Notes: generated by a model from the letters alone, not told the origin. A DNA stretch of 64,000 nucleotides from an uncultured Acidobacteriota bacterium (GCA_963827655.1 CAWHCF010000002.1:32001-96000), one strand, 5' to 3'. Positions 22,278-32,910 are shown, numbered from the stretch's first letter. Made by a program: numbers and translations.

Positions 22278-24209
22278 AGTGACTATGTTGTAGTGTTCGA
22301 TGTGCAGGGTCGGGTCGGACTTGACGATGATATCTCTCCGTAGAACGTTCCGGATCTCCTCGATGACTCCCGACTCCGATTCGCGCAGCGCGCGCGCCAC
22401 GTCGGGATGGACACGGATCATCACATCCCCGCGGCCGTCCACGTCGGACCTCATGCGTTCGATCTCGTTATAAATACTGTAGCAAGTAGTAGCCACAGAT
22501 TTCACCAGACCGGATCCGCTGCAGTACTGACATGGCTGGCATAGCATGCGCTCGAGCGACTGCTTGACGCGCTTGCGGGTAATCGCCACCAGGCCGAACT
22601 CGTTGAATTCCAGAACCTTGCTGGGAGCCTTGTCCTTGAGAATCTCCTGGGACAGCGCCTCCATCACGCGTTTCCGATTCTTGCGCTCATCCATGTCAAT
22701 AAAGTCGATGACGATGATGCCGCCCAGATCTCGTAGCCGGACTTGCTTGATGATTTCCTTCACCGCTTCGATGTTGGTCCGAGTAATGGTTTCTTCCAGG
22801 CTGTTTCCCCGACCGACAAACTTACCGGTATTGATATCGATGCTTACCAGAGCTTCAGTCTGATTAATGACAATATAGCCGCCACTCTTCAGCCAGATCT
22901 TCGGTTGGAGGAGCTTGTCAATTTCGGACGTTATTCCATACTGGTCGAAAATGTCATTGTCCTTGGTGTAGAGCTTCACCCGGTGAACCAGGTTGGGATA
23001 GATCTTGTCCACGAACTCGATCACGCGCTGGTATTCCAGCTCGTCGTCGACCCGGATGGCAGCGAACTCAAACGAGAACTGGTCACGCAAAAGCCGCTGA
23101 ACCAGGTTCAGCTCCGAATGTATCAAGGACGGAGCCGAAGCCTTCTCGGTTTTGGACCGAACATCTTCCCAGAGCTTGGCCAGGTAGTTGAGATCGCTGA
23201 CCAGATCCTCCTCAGTCCGCTCCTCGGCCGCTGTACGGACGATGACACCGCCGGTAAAGCGGTCTCTGTGCTTCAAAATGACATCCTTCAGCCGTATCCT
23301 CTCTGCCTCTGAACCGATCTTGCGAGACACCCCGATGTGCTCGACGGTCGGCATGTAGACCAGATACCTGCCGGGCAAAGCGATGTGGCTGGTGACTCGC
23401 GCCCCTTTTTTCGCAATGGGCTCCTTCGCCACCTGAACGAGAATCTCCTGTCCCTCGCGCAGCATGTCGTCGATGGACTGTCGTTCGGGTCGGTTATGAC
23501 GAGCCGCAGTGTAGCGCCTGCGGCGAGCACCGGGTCCGCGCCGACGCCCGTTGAACGATCCTTTGTGGTTACCGTCTACCGCGAAGGGAGCAACTTCCCC
23601 GTCATCGCGAATCGAAGCGCCGGACAGAGGGGGAGGTTCAGCCTCCGCTTGCGACACACTCGCAGGTTGGGTCTCAGCAACCGGGTCAATCGGGGGGGGA
23701 ATCTCGGAAGGGGAATTCATAAACGGTAGCAGCGCGTCGACGGCTGTGCTTCTCTCGGTTTCCGAAGTCAGAGCCCAGCTCTCCGTCGTTCCGCTTTTAT
23801 CCGCGCTGACCTCGGGGACCTGGGGCCCGGCGCGGGGAGAATCGCGGCGCTCGCGGTCACGCCATCGACCGCGCTCCGGTCTGCGCTCGCGGCGTGCCGG
23901 CTTCTCCACCGTTTCGATTTGTGCCATGACCGTGGCCACTTGCTCTTCCGCTTCGGTGAATACCTTGTCATACTCTTCCGTATCCTCGATAAAATCCGAA
24001 ACATACAGAAAAGCGTCTTTCTCCAGACCAATATTCACAAAGGCAGACTGCATCCCGGGAAGAACCTTTGTAACCTTCCCTTTGTAGATGTTTCCCAGAA
24101 TACCCCGACTCCAATTTCGCTCGATGTACAACTCGGCAAGCTGGTCGTCCTCCAGAAGGGCGATCTTGGTTTCGAGCGCCGAGCTGTTGACGATCATTTC
24201 CTTTATCAT
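22275..24209 (-). CDS. Rne/Rng family ribonuclease with a low-complexity insertion in the S1 domain
   Basis: GNIYKGKV..VLPGMQSAFVNIG, QVAKEP..KKGAR, IDINTGK, LRDLGGIIVIDFIDM, CQYC zinc link. Confidence 0.92.
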   Translation of the reverse strand: MIKEMIVNSSALETKIALLEDDQLAELYIERNWSRGILGNIYKGKVTKVLPGMQSAFVNIGLEKDAFLYVSDFIEDTEEYDKVFTEAEEQVATVMAQIETVEKPARRERRPERGRWRDRERRDSPRAGPQVPEVSADKSGTTESWALTSETERSTAVDALLPFMNSPSEIPPPIDPVAETQPASVSQAEAEPPPLSGASIRDDGEVAPFAVDGNHKGSFNGRRRGPGARRRRYTAARHNRPERQSIDDMLREGQEILVQVAKEPIAKKGARVTSHIALPGRYLVYMPTVEHIGVSRKIGSEAERIRLKDVILKHRDRFTGGVIVRTAAEERTEEDLVSDLNYLAKLWEDVRSKTEKASAPSLIHSELNLVQRLLRDQFSFEFAAIRVDDELEYQRVIEFVDKIYPNLVHRVKLYTKDNDIFDQYGITSEIDKLLQPKIWLKSGGYIVINQTEALVSIDINTGKFVGRGNSLEETITRTNIEAVKEIIKQVRLRDLGGIIVIDFIDMDERKNRKRVMEALSQEILKDKAPSKVLEFNEFGLVAITRKRVKQSLERMLCQPCQYCSGSGLVKSVATTCYSIYNEIERMRSDVDGRGDVMIRVHPDVARALRESESGVIEEIRNVLRRDIIVKSDPTLHIEHYNIVT

Positions 24210-24949
24210 TAAAGAATCTCCCAGATTTTTTGATTGGAGGGGAAGCGGCAGTCGACGATCGGGAACGACCCTTATCGACCGGTTTGGAAGAACAGCAGGA
24301 GGCGCCCCGACCTGTGCCGGAGCGAGCTTGCTTGCGCCTTGTGATGGCGACTTGACAGGGGGCTCCAGGTTCGTCTCGTCACTATCCGACAAACCTGCAG
24401 AGGTGTCCGTGAGCTTCAGATTCGCGGCGCCGGCACGGCACCGCATGCCTTACGTCTCTTGGTTTTCATGCGGACGCTAGGCTTCCCGTCTCGATGGCAT
24501 CCCAGGACATGTCAATTTCTTGGTCCAGCGGCCTGCCCCTTCACTGTCAAGGCAAGTATGACTCCCGAATAATCAGGGTTTCAGACGCCGTCCGACCCTA
24601 CTTGCCACAATTCCCTCAGTTTTGGCTATAATGCCCCGTTATTTCCGACAGACAATTCGTGGGCGCCCGATTCACTCCTGTCGTGGCGCTAGTTTCTCCG
24701 GCTATGGTCTCAGGCTCCGTCGCGCACCCAAGATCCGGCGGAGGATAGGACAAGCCATTTACTGAACTCGCCTTTCATTCGAGCCTTCAAATTCAAAAGG
24801 AGGCTCATAAATCCAGAATGATAAACGACATAGGGCCCAAAAGCAATCTATTTGAATCTTCGTGTCTTCGTGTCTTTGTGGTTAGAGCTGTCTAACAGAA
24901 TACCACGAAGACCCAAAGACTCGAGGAAACGCCAAGAAACGCCCAGCGC

Positions 24950-26042
24950 TTAGTTGACATAGCGGCGCATCCGGATGTTCATGCAGAGACTCATGGCCAG
25001 GAAGGTGGAAATCAGCGAGGACCCCCCCGCGCTCAACAGGGGGAGCGGTATTCCTGTAATGGGGAGCAATCCTATGACCATTCCGACATTGACCATGACG
25101 TGAAAAAGAAACAGGGCCAGGACTCCCACGACAATCAGCCCCCCAATCTTGTCCTTCGCTTCGCGTGCCGTGCGCAGAAGGCGTATAGAAACGAATAGGA
25201 AAAGGCCCAGAACCGAAATGCTCCCCAGGAACCCCCGCTCCTCGGAAACGACCGCAAAAACAAAATCGGTGTGCCGCGCGGGAAGAAAGCCCAGTTGTCC
25301 CTGAGATCCCTGCTTGAACCCCTTGCCGAGGAATTTGCCGGATCCAATCGCTATCTTCGACTGAATGGTTTGATAACCCAGATGGTGAGGATCGTTGCTC
25401 GGGTTGAATACCGTCTGGATGCGGCCCTCTCTGGTAGTCCTTCAACTTCATCCATCCGAGCGGAGAGCATGCCAGGGCGACCGCCAGGACTACCAGGACG
25501 TGCTTTCGTCTCACGCCGGCAATGAATGAGAGCCCGAAGAAGATCGGAACAAAGGTGACGGCCGTTCCCAAATCGCCCTGCAGCACAACCAGAAGCATCG
25601 GGACCAGAACAATCAGGCCGCCCTTGAGGAGTTCGGAGAGGGTGAGGTGCTCCCGCTCTATTTCCGAATAGTACTTGGCCAGAGCCAGGATCACCAGCAG
25701 CTTAACCAGTTCTGAGGGCTGGAACGACAGCATGCCAAGCGCGATCCACCCCTTTGTGTTGTGAACCGTGCGTCCGATGAACAGAACCGCCGCCAGGAGC
25801 ACCAGCCCGGCCAGATAAAGAAAAGTGATGTGGTCGGCGAAAAAGTGGTAGTCGAGATAGAGCAGACCGAGGTAGAGGGCCAGCGCAAACGCGAGATAGA
25901 TCGCCTGGCGGCCAAAATACGAGTTCAGCCCGGTGCCTTCGGTGCTGCTCCAGATTGTCACAAGACCCGCCCCGGCCAGCGCCAGCAAGGCGAGAAACCA
26001 GAGCCAGTCAAAGGAGTTCAGCGAGCGCCGGGAGAGACTCAA
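24950..26042 (-). CDS. rodA: SEDS peptidoglycan polymerase RodA, frameshifted near 25425
   Basis: FQPSELVK, QGDLGTA; second frame gives GYQTIQS.IAIGSG, HTDFVF, GIPLPLLSAGG, ending RRYVN*; last gene of the mre-mrd cluster. Confidence 0.9.
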
Positions 26043-27892
26043 CGCCGCGCCTCCGCGATCAGGCGGGGCGCCGGCGCCCCTGCATGGAGTTGTAGCTTCC
26101 TCTCAAAGTAGGTACGAAAGATTTCCCGAGCGAGGGGTGCCGCCGCAATTCCTCCTTTCCCGCCATGCTCCAGGAATACTACGACCGCGATTTCAGGAGT
26201 GTCACGGGTCGCGAAACCAACGAACCACGAGTGGTCTTCAAACTGTGGGCCTTCCTTCTGAAGTTCTTTCCTTTTCTCGTTGCCGATCACCTGTACGGTT
26301 CCGGTCTTTCCACAGATATCCAGTCCCGCGATCGCGGCGTTGTGACCCGTCCCCCACCTATTTACACTCCCCCACATTCCCTGCCGGATTCTGTTCGAAG
26401 CCTCGGGAGCAATGGCAAGCTGATGGCTCATCCGGCTCGGGGTCATTTCGGGGGTCAAGCGATCGGCGCGAAACAACAGGTGAGGAGTTGTCAGAAGGCC
26501 GCCTGATGCTATGGCGCTGGCCGCCCGCACAAGCTGCAAGGGTGTAATGGTTACGGCACCCTGCCCGATTGAGACGGAAATCGTCTCGCCGGCGAACCAT
26601 TTGGAACCTCGGACCTGTTGCTTCCATTCCGGCGTGGGAACGAGACCGCTACGCTCGTTCGGCAAGTCAATTCCAGACCGTTCCCCCAGGCCCAGAGAGT
26701 GAGCGTGTCGGGCGATCTTTGAAATCCCCATCTTCCGGCCCAGCTCGTAAAAAAAGACGTTGCACGACCTGCTTATGGCGGTTTCGAGATCGACGGCACC
26801 GTGGCCGTCGTGCACCGAGCAGTGAAAAACGCGATTATAAAGAAAGAGCGACCCGCGGCAAATTACGCGCGTGTCTTCGTCGACCAACGCTTCGGACAGC
26901 CCGGCGAGCGCCATCACAAGCTTGAAGGTGGAGCCTGGCGAGTAGCTGTTCTGAATCGCGCGATTCTGCAGCGGCCGGTTTGGATCGTTGATCAGGACGT
27001 TCCAGTCCTGCTCTGAAATTCGGGTCGAAAAACTGTTGGGATCGAACCAGGGAGCGCTGGCCATAGCGAGGATCTCACCATTGCGGGGATCCATGGCTAT
27101 AATCGTCCCGACTTTGTCTTCCAGGAGGTTCTCGGCCGCGAGCTGTAAATCAAGATCGAGAGTCAGCTGAAGCTCGTCTCCCACAATCGAATCTTCTTCA
27201 CTCAGCAGGCCAACTTCCCGCCCGATACTGTCGACCAGAACCTGCCGCTTGCCATCGATTCCGGTCAAGAACTGGTTATAGAAACGCTCCACGCCCGATT
27301 TGCCTACCAGATCGCCCGCTTTGGCGCTGGAAAACGTCTCGCGTGAAAGCTCATCGTCGGAGACCTCTCCCACGTAGCCCAGTACATGAGCCGCCAGGCT
27401 CCCGTAACGGTATAGTCTGCGGGGCTCGGGACCCAGCTGGATCTCAGGATGATCGCGCTTGTAGGCTTCCACTATGGAGATGTCTTCGATCCCGACGTCC
27501 TCTTTGATGACCACCGGGCGGTACAGTCCCGTACCCTTGTGCCTGCGCAGGCGGGCGGCAAGATCATCCGGACTGACGTGGAGTTTCTCCTCGATAAATC
27601 GGCTGGTGGCCTCGAGGTCCTTCACCGATTCGCGGTACAGGAGAATGTTGAAAGCGGGGCGATTCTCGACCAGCGGGGTGTTGTGACGGTCCGAGATGGT
27701 CCCCCTGGGGGCCACTACCTGTATCGAGCGGACGCGATTCCGTTCGGCCCTTAACGCTAACTCGCTTCCTTGAATGATCTGGAGCTGCCAGAGCCGCGCG
27801 CCCAGGGTCAGGAACGCGAGAACCACGATGACAGAGAGCCAATTCAATCTCTGTTGAATGAGAAGCTTGTTTGGTTCCGGCTGCAGCGACAC
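26039..27892 (-). CDS. mrdA: Penicillin-binding protein 2
   Basis: N-terminal TM, APRG, PGSTFK (SxxK), SCN, GKTGT. Confidence 0.93.
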   Translation of the reverse strand: MSLQPEPNKLLIQQRLNWLSVIVVLAFLTLGARLWQLQIIQGSELALRAERNRVRSIQVVAPRGTISDRHNTPLVENRPAFNILLYRESVKDLEATSRFIEEKLHVSPDDLAARLRRHKGTGLYRPVVIKEDVGIEDISIVEAYKRDHPEIQLGPEPRRLYRYGSLAAHVLGYVGEVSDDELSRETFSSAKAGDLVGKSGVERFYNQFLTGIDGKRQVLVDSIGREVGLLSEEDSIVGDELQLTLDLDLQLAAENLLEDKVGTIIAMDPRNGEILAMASAPWFDPNSFSTRISEQDWNVLINDPNRPLQNRAIQNSYSPGSTFKLVMALAGLSEALVDEDTRVICRGSLFLYNRVFHCSVHDGHGAVDLETAISRSCNVFFYELGRKMGISKIARHAHSLGLGERSGIDLPNERSGLVPTPEWKQQVRGSKWFAGETISVSIGQGAVTITPLQLVRAASAIASGGLLTTPHLLFRADRLTPEMTPSRMSHQLAIAPEASNRIRQGMWGSVNRWGTGHNAAIAGLDICGKTGTVQVIGNEKRKELQKEGPQFEDHSWFVGFATRDTPEIAVVVFLEHGGKGGIAAAPLAREIFRTYFERKLQLHAGAPAPRLIAEARR

Positions 27893-27896
27893 GTTT

Positions 27897-28382
27897 CTAG
27901 CCTGTCCGATTGGCCTGGACCTTGTGGTAACTGTCAAGTAGGGAGAGCATCAAGACTCCCACGACACCGGTAATGATGGACTGAATCAGCGAGGCTTCGA
28001 GGTAAAGCGTGTTGGTAGATCTCTGGAGTAGGATGAACAGCCCGGAGACAGTAACAGAACTCAGGAAACTTGCGGCGCTGATCAGTGCGAAGCGGACGCC
28101 GAAACCATCCAGGTTGAAGCGCTTCGCGGCCTGGCCAATGGCAAACGCCGCCAGCGTCTTGCTGAAGCCGTTATAGCCCAGAGGCCAGCCGAAAGCGGCA
28201 TCCAGGAGAATTCCGGTGAGGGAACCTACGAAAAGAGCCTCGGTCCGGTTGCGATAGAAAGCCCAGTACGCAATCAGAATCAGCGAGAGATCGAGGAAGT
28301 TAAACAGAAAAAAGTTGTTGCCGGCGATCATCTGGGCAACGATCGCCAGGAAAGAGGAAACGGCCAGAAACAGATACTTCAT
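27897..28382 (-). CDS. mreD: Rod shape-determining protein MreD
   Basis: Hydrophobic 161-aa membrane protein with GILLD motif between mreC and mrdA. Confidence 0.85.
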   Translation of the reverse strand: MKYLFLAVSSFLAIVAQMIAGNNFFLFNFLDLSLILIAYWAFYRNRTEALFVGSLTGILLDAAFGWPLGYNGFSKTLAAFAIGQAAKRFNLDGFGVRFALISAASFLSSVTVSGLFILLQRSTNTLYLEASLIQSIITGVVGVLMLSLLDSYHKVQANRTG

Positions 28383-28425
28383 ATCGTCTACGTGCCGGTT
28401 CAGGGAGTCGCGGTTACCCGGCCCC

Positions 28426-29268
28426 CTACCTGCTCTCGCCTACTGATCCAGTGAGAAGAACCAGAACCTCCTCCAACCTTAGAAGATCGGCAAAAGGCTC
28501 CACTCGGATCACACGAAAAGCCGACTTCCCTCTCTGCGACTGAACCACTCTTCCGATGCGAAGTCCCTTGGGGAAAAGGCCGTCCAGTCCAGAGGTAACC
28601 ACCACGTCGTCAGGCTCGACCTGTTCGGAGTTGCTGATGTAGTCGAGGCTGAGCAAGGGCTGACCGCTCCCAGACAATACACCCGGGGACCGGGTCCGCT
28701 CGACCATGACGCCCAACGAAGCATACGTGTTGGTAATCAATTGGACTTGCGAATTGAAGCGCGATACCAGAATGGTTCGCCCCACGACGGCGGTTGCCGC
28801 GAGCACCGGGGCATTCGCTTTCACCCCGTCGTCGGCGCCCCGATCGATGTACACGATATTGGCCAGGTAGTCAGGAACGCGCCCGACCACGCGCGCCCCC
28901 ACAGTCTCTAGCGGAACCGTCTCCTTGAGGGAGAGAAGCTGACGGAGCCGGACATTCTCCACCTCCATCTGACGGAGTGCGTCTTCGCGAAGAGTGAGCT
29001 GTTCCACGCGTTTTTGCAGCAGATCATTCTGCGTCCGTGCTCCGCGCAGCCCAACGTAGTTCGTCCACGCGTAGGCAACGGCCCGGTGAATACTTGAGGA
29101 TACTTCGAGAAACGGCGCGCTGGCCAGGAGCACCCAGTTTCTGAAGAGAAGGCTGCCGCCCGGGTGCTCCACCTGAAGCGATATCAGGATCAGGTGCAGC
29201 AAGAGTAGGGGAATGACAACGAAGAGCGCGCGCTCTTCCTTCACTTTCCCTGAGAATTCAATTGACAC
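28426..29268 (-). CDS. mreC: Rod shape-determining protein MreC
   Basis: TM + coiled coil ENVRLRQLL, IDRG..DGV, VVTSGLDGLFPKG. Confidence 0.92.
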   Translation of the reverse strand: MSIEFSGKVKEERALFVVIPLLLLHLILISLQVEHPGGSLLFRNWVLLASAPFLEVSSSIHRAVAYAWTNYVGLRGARTQNDLLQKRVEQLTLREDALRQMEVENVRLRQLLSLKETVPLETVGARVVGRVPDYLANIVYIDRGADDGVKANAPVLAATAVVGRTILVSRFNSQVQLITNTYASLGVMVERTRSPGVLSGSGQPLLSLDYISNSEQVEPDDVVVTSGLDGLFPKGLRIGRVVQSQRGKSAFRVIRVEPFADLLRLEEVLVLLTGSVGESR

Positions 29269-30286
29269 CCATCCTCCGGAGCAATTTGAAGTCCGTCAAC
29301 ATCTTACTTGTCCCTAGCACGACTGAAGAAAGAGGATCCTCGGCAATAAAAACCGGGAGTCCCGTTTCCGAAGCCAGGCGTTTGTCAAACCGTTTCAAAA
29401 GAGCTCCCCCTCCGGTAAGGACAATCCCGCGTTCCATGATGTCGGCCGACAACTCAGGAGGTGTGCGCTCCAAAGCGACTTTGATGGCATTGATGATGAT
29501 CCCGACGCTGTCGCCCAGCGCTTCCCGGATTTCTTCGTCCGTTACCGTGATGGTCTTGGGCACGCCTTCGATCAGATTTCGTCCCTTGATCTCCATCGTC
29601 AGAGGCCGTTCCAGCGGACCGGCCGAGCCCAGTTGGATCTTGATCGTCTCGGCGGTGCGTTCTCCAATAAGCAGATTATGCTTGCGTTTAATGTATTGGC
29701 TGATGGCCTCGTCCATTTCGTTTCCGGCGACCCGCACCGAACGGCTGTAAACAATGCCGGATAGTGAAATGACCGCGATGTCGGTGGTCCCGCCGCCGAT
29801 GTCCACGATCATATTGCCGCAGGCTTCGGTGACCGGAAGTCCGGCGCCCAGCGCGGCAACCATAGCCTGCTCCACCAGGTATACCTCGCTGGCCTTGGCG
29901 CGCAGCGCCGATTCCTGCACGGCCCGCTTTTCCACCTGAGTAATTTCCGAAGGAATCCCGATAACGATACGAGGGCTTATCAAGTGATTGCGGCTGTGTG
30001 CCTGTTTGATGAAATACTTGAGCATCATCTCGGTGACGTCGAAGTCCGCAATCACGCCATCCTTCATCGGCTTTATTGCGACGATGTCTCCTGGGGTGCG
30101 GCCCAGCATCTCCTTTGCCTCACGACCCACGGCAAAGATTCGCTTGCTGGTCTTGTCGATCGCCACGATCGAGGGTTCGTTTACCACGATTCCACGCCCC
30201 TTGGCGTAGATCAAAGTATTCGCGGTTCCCAGGTCAATCGCCAGATCGTTGGAGAAGAACCCAAACACGGATCGTAAATTCATCAT
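29258..30286 (-). CDS. mreB: Actin-like MreB
   Basis: DLAIDLGTANT, DIGGGTT, GIVLTGGGALL. Confidence 0.96.
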   Translation of the reverse strand: MMNLRSVFGFFSNDLAIDLGTANTLIYAKGRGIVVNEPSIVAIDKTSKRIFAVGREAKEMLGRTPGDIVAIKPMKDGVIADFDVTEMMLKYFIKQAHSRNHLISPRIVIGIPSEITQVEKRAVQESALRAKASEVYLVEQAMVAALGAGLPVTEACGNMIVDIGGGTTDIAVISLSGIVYSRSVRVAGNEMDEAISQYIKRKHNLLIGERTAETIKIQLGSAGPLERPLTMEIKGRNLIEGVPKTITVTDEEIREALGDSVGIIINAIKVALERTPPELSADIMERGIVLTGGGALLKRFDKRLASETGLPVFIAEDPLSSVVLGTSKMLTDFKLLRRMGVN

Positions 30287-30808
30287 TAGACGGAACCTTG
30301 ACCTCAATCTACCTCTGGCGATCGTTTTGACTCGTCCGGACAGGTCGGTTGTAAACAGAACCCAATGCACCTTGGCGCATGCAAAAGGCTTGGTGAAGTG
30401 CCTGGATCTTCCGCCGCCGGCGATACTTGAAGCTTGGACGTCGCGCGAGTCGACTCCAATCCACTCGGGCCTTGGACGGAGTACCAGCGCGGAAGCAGCG
30501 GCGCTTCCCTCCGCCAGGGCTCCACTTACAACAGGCTTAGGTTCCATCTCCTTGCCGGAGCGGGGGATTTCAACAAGGCATAACTGTGGCCGGTTAACAT
30601 CGGACTACATCCCGGAACCTGGCGGTTCAGGGATCCCGGGATTTGCTCCACAGCGTACGAGTTTCTGGCTACGCGCGCGTTCGGTGGGGGCAGTGGAACA
30701 ATCCGGATCGCACTACCGGATTTCAAGATCCCCATCGGTTCAATGAAAAACGCCACATTATAATACAATCCAGCGCTAAAAAGCTTAAAAATCAGTAAGA
30801 TACTTGTA

Positions 30809-30898
30809 TCATTTGTCATCTGTCATCAGTCATTTGTCATTATTATCATTGACCAGCCTCCAGAAATGACAAATGACCAATGACTGATGACCAATGAC
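30809..30898. repeat. Inverted pair of heptamer arrays (TCATTTG)n / (CAATGAC)n
   Basis: TCATTTG TCATCTG TCATCAG TCATTTG TCATTAT ... AAATGAC AAATGAC CAATGAC TGATGAC CAATGAC. Confidence 0.85.
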
Positions 30899-30902
30899 CA
30901 AT

Positions 30903-30930
30903 TTGAAAATGCCTCCCCGGGTGCTATAAT
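30903..30930 (+). promoter_or_regulatory. Sigma70-type promoter for the ppiD-like gene
   Basis: TTGAAA-16 nt-TATAAT with extended -10 TGn, GGAGG RBS before ATG 30970. Confidence 0.65.
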
Positions 30931-30969
30931 TTCGTTTTTTTCCCACCTCGGACGGAGGGATCTTCCCTT

Positions 30970-32892
30970 ATGTATCTGGACCTACTACGCCGCAAGAAGC
31001 GGCTCAAGCTTTTTCTCTGGCTCGTCATTGTCAGCCTCGGCCTGAGCATGCTGCTGTTTTTCGTTCCCGGGCAGGGGGGTGGCGTGGGCGCGTTCGACAG
31101 CGCCGCCGCTACAGTGGATGGCGAAACTATCACGGTTAAAGATTATGTTAATACTTACCGCCGTTTTATCGAGAACTTCAGCGCCGGAGGGAAAAACAAG
31201 CTCGATCGAGAGACGATCAAGACCCTCGGACTGGGACGGCAAGCTCTCGATGCCTTGATCAACGTGAAGGTCGTGAATCTTACGGCGGAGAGGCTCGGCC
31301 TGAGCGTATCGCCGGAAGAGATGCGCCAGGCTGTTGAATCTAATCCCAATTTTCAGGATCGGGGCATATTCATAGGGGTCGAGCGCTACAAGATGTTGCT
31401 CGCGGCAAACCGCCTCAGTGTGCCCGAGTTCGAGGACGGGGTACGTTTTGGAATTCTGTCCAGGAAAATTCGAAACCTGATCTCCGATTCCATGGTAGTG
31501 ACCGAACGCGAGCTTCGAGACGAATTCCTGCGCTCGAGTCAGGAGGCGCAGGTTCGTTTCGTTTTCCTTAACAAAGAGGACTTCAAGAAGCATGTGACGC
31601 CTGACGAGGCTAGCGTGCGCGCCCATTTTGAGGCCAATAAAGACAAGTTCGTCACGAAAGAGCAGCGCAAGGTCCAATACCTGCTGATCCCTATGGCCGC
31701 CTTGGCCGCCACGATAAAACCGACGGAAGACGAAATCCAAGCCGAGTGGAAGCGCCAGGGGCGGGAGGAAAACGTAGAAGCCAGCCATATCCTGTTTAAA
31801 GTAGACGATCCGGCGAAAGAGGGTGAGATCAAAGCGAAAGCTGAAGCTGTATTGAAGCGTGCCAAAGCGGGTGAAGATTTCGCCGAACTCGCCAAGAAGA
31901 ATTCTGAGGATCCCGTCTCAGCAACCCAGGGGGGCAGCCTGGGAACTTTCGGCCGTGGCCGCATGATCAAAGAATTCGAGGACGTGGCTTTCTCCCTTAA
32001 ACCCGGAGACATTTCCGGTGTGGTCCGCACTCAGTTCGGTCTTCACATCATCAAGGTACTGCGCCATGACATACCGGATCTCGAAGCGAGCCGGAGTCTT
32101 ATCACCCGGACAGTCCAGCTGAACAAAGCCTCTGACATTGCCAAGCAAAAGGCTGTGGAAGCGGCGCGGCTGGCGGAGACTCAAAAGGACCTGAACCAGG
32201 TCGCAAAGGCTCTAGCCGTCGTCACAGAGATCCGAGAAACGGGGTTCATCGCCAAAGATTCCGATCCGCTTGCCAGCGGAGTCTCCCAGCCTTTTGTCGA
32301 CGAGGTTTTCAGACTCAAGGAAATCGGAGCGACGGGCAAAGCAGTGGATCATCCTTCAGGACAGGCACTCCCGAAACTGCTGGAGATCCAGCTACCCAAA
32401 CCACCCGATTTCACCACGTCCCGGCCGCGTGTTGAACAGGACTACATCGAAGTCAAGGCTCGAGAACTGATACAGGCTGAAGCGAAGAAGATCTCGGACG
32501 AGGCTGTCAAATCGGGCGACATCGAGAAAACGGCGCAACCGAGGAAGCTCATGGTCAAGACAACGCCGGCTTTCAAACGTGGCGGAGTTGCAGATCCAGA
32601 GCTTGGCAATGTCCCGCAGTTTAACGACGCTGCCTTCACCCTTCCAATCGGAGCTGTCAGCCCTCCTATCAGTCTTGAGGGGGGGAACCACGTGGCAGTG
32701 CTTCAAGTCAAGTCGCGTTCTGACTTCAATGAGCCCGAATTCGAGAAGCAGAAGGGTGATCTGCGAAACAAGATTCTGGGCTCCTGGAAGGAGGCTTACT
32801 TCCAGCAGTACATCCGTCAGATTACAGAAGCCCTGGAAAAATCGGGGAAGATTCGGATCAACTCCCGAGCCGTCGACGAGGTCGTGGGGTGA
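30970..32892 (+). CDS. PpiD/SurA-like membrane-anchored parvulin peptidyl-prolyl isomerase
   Basis: N-terminal TM, SurA N-domain, ASHILF, FAELAKKNSED..GGSLG, TQFGLHIIKV. Confidence 0.88.
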   Translation: MYLDLLRRKKRLKLFLWLVIVSLGLSMLLFFVPGQGGGVGAFDSAAATVDGETITVKDYVNTYRRFIENFSAGGKNKLDRETIKTLGLGRQALDALINVKVVNLTAERLGLSVSPEEMRQAVESNPNFQDRGIFIGVERYKMLLAANRLSVPEFEDGVRFGILSRKIRNLISDSMVVTERELRDEFLRSSQEAQVRFVFLNKEDFKKHVTPDEASVRAHFEANKDKFVTKEQRKVQYLLIPMAALAATIKPTEDEIQAEWKRQGREENVEASHILFKVDDPAKEGEIKAKAEAVLKRAKAGEDFAELAKKNSEDPVSATQGGSLGTFGRGRMIKEFEDVAFSLKPGDISGVVRTQFGLHIIKVLRHDIPDLEASRSLITRTVQLNKASDIAKQKAVEAARLAETQKDLNQVAKALAVVTEIRETGFIAKDSDPLASGVSQPFVDEVFRLKEIGATGKAVDHPSGQALPKLLEIQLPKPPDFTTSRPRVEQDYIEVKARELIQAEAKKISDEAVKSGDIEKTAQPRKLMVKTTPAFKRGGVADPELGNVPQFNDAAFTLPIGAVSPPISLEGGNHVAVLQVKSRSDFNEPEFEKQKGDLRNKILGSWKEAYFQQYIRQITEALEKSGKIRINSRAVDEVVG

Positions 32893-32910
32893 CACAAAAG
32901 GCAGTACTGC

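Noticed and set aside
30470-30510. GGAAGCAGC as SRP RNA core
   Set aside because: The preceding CAGG...GGAA helix 8 context is missing
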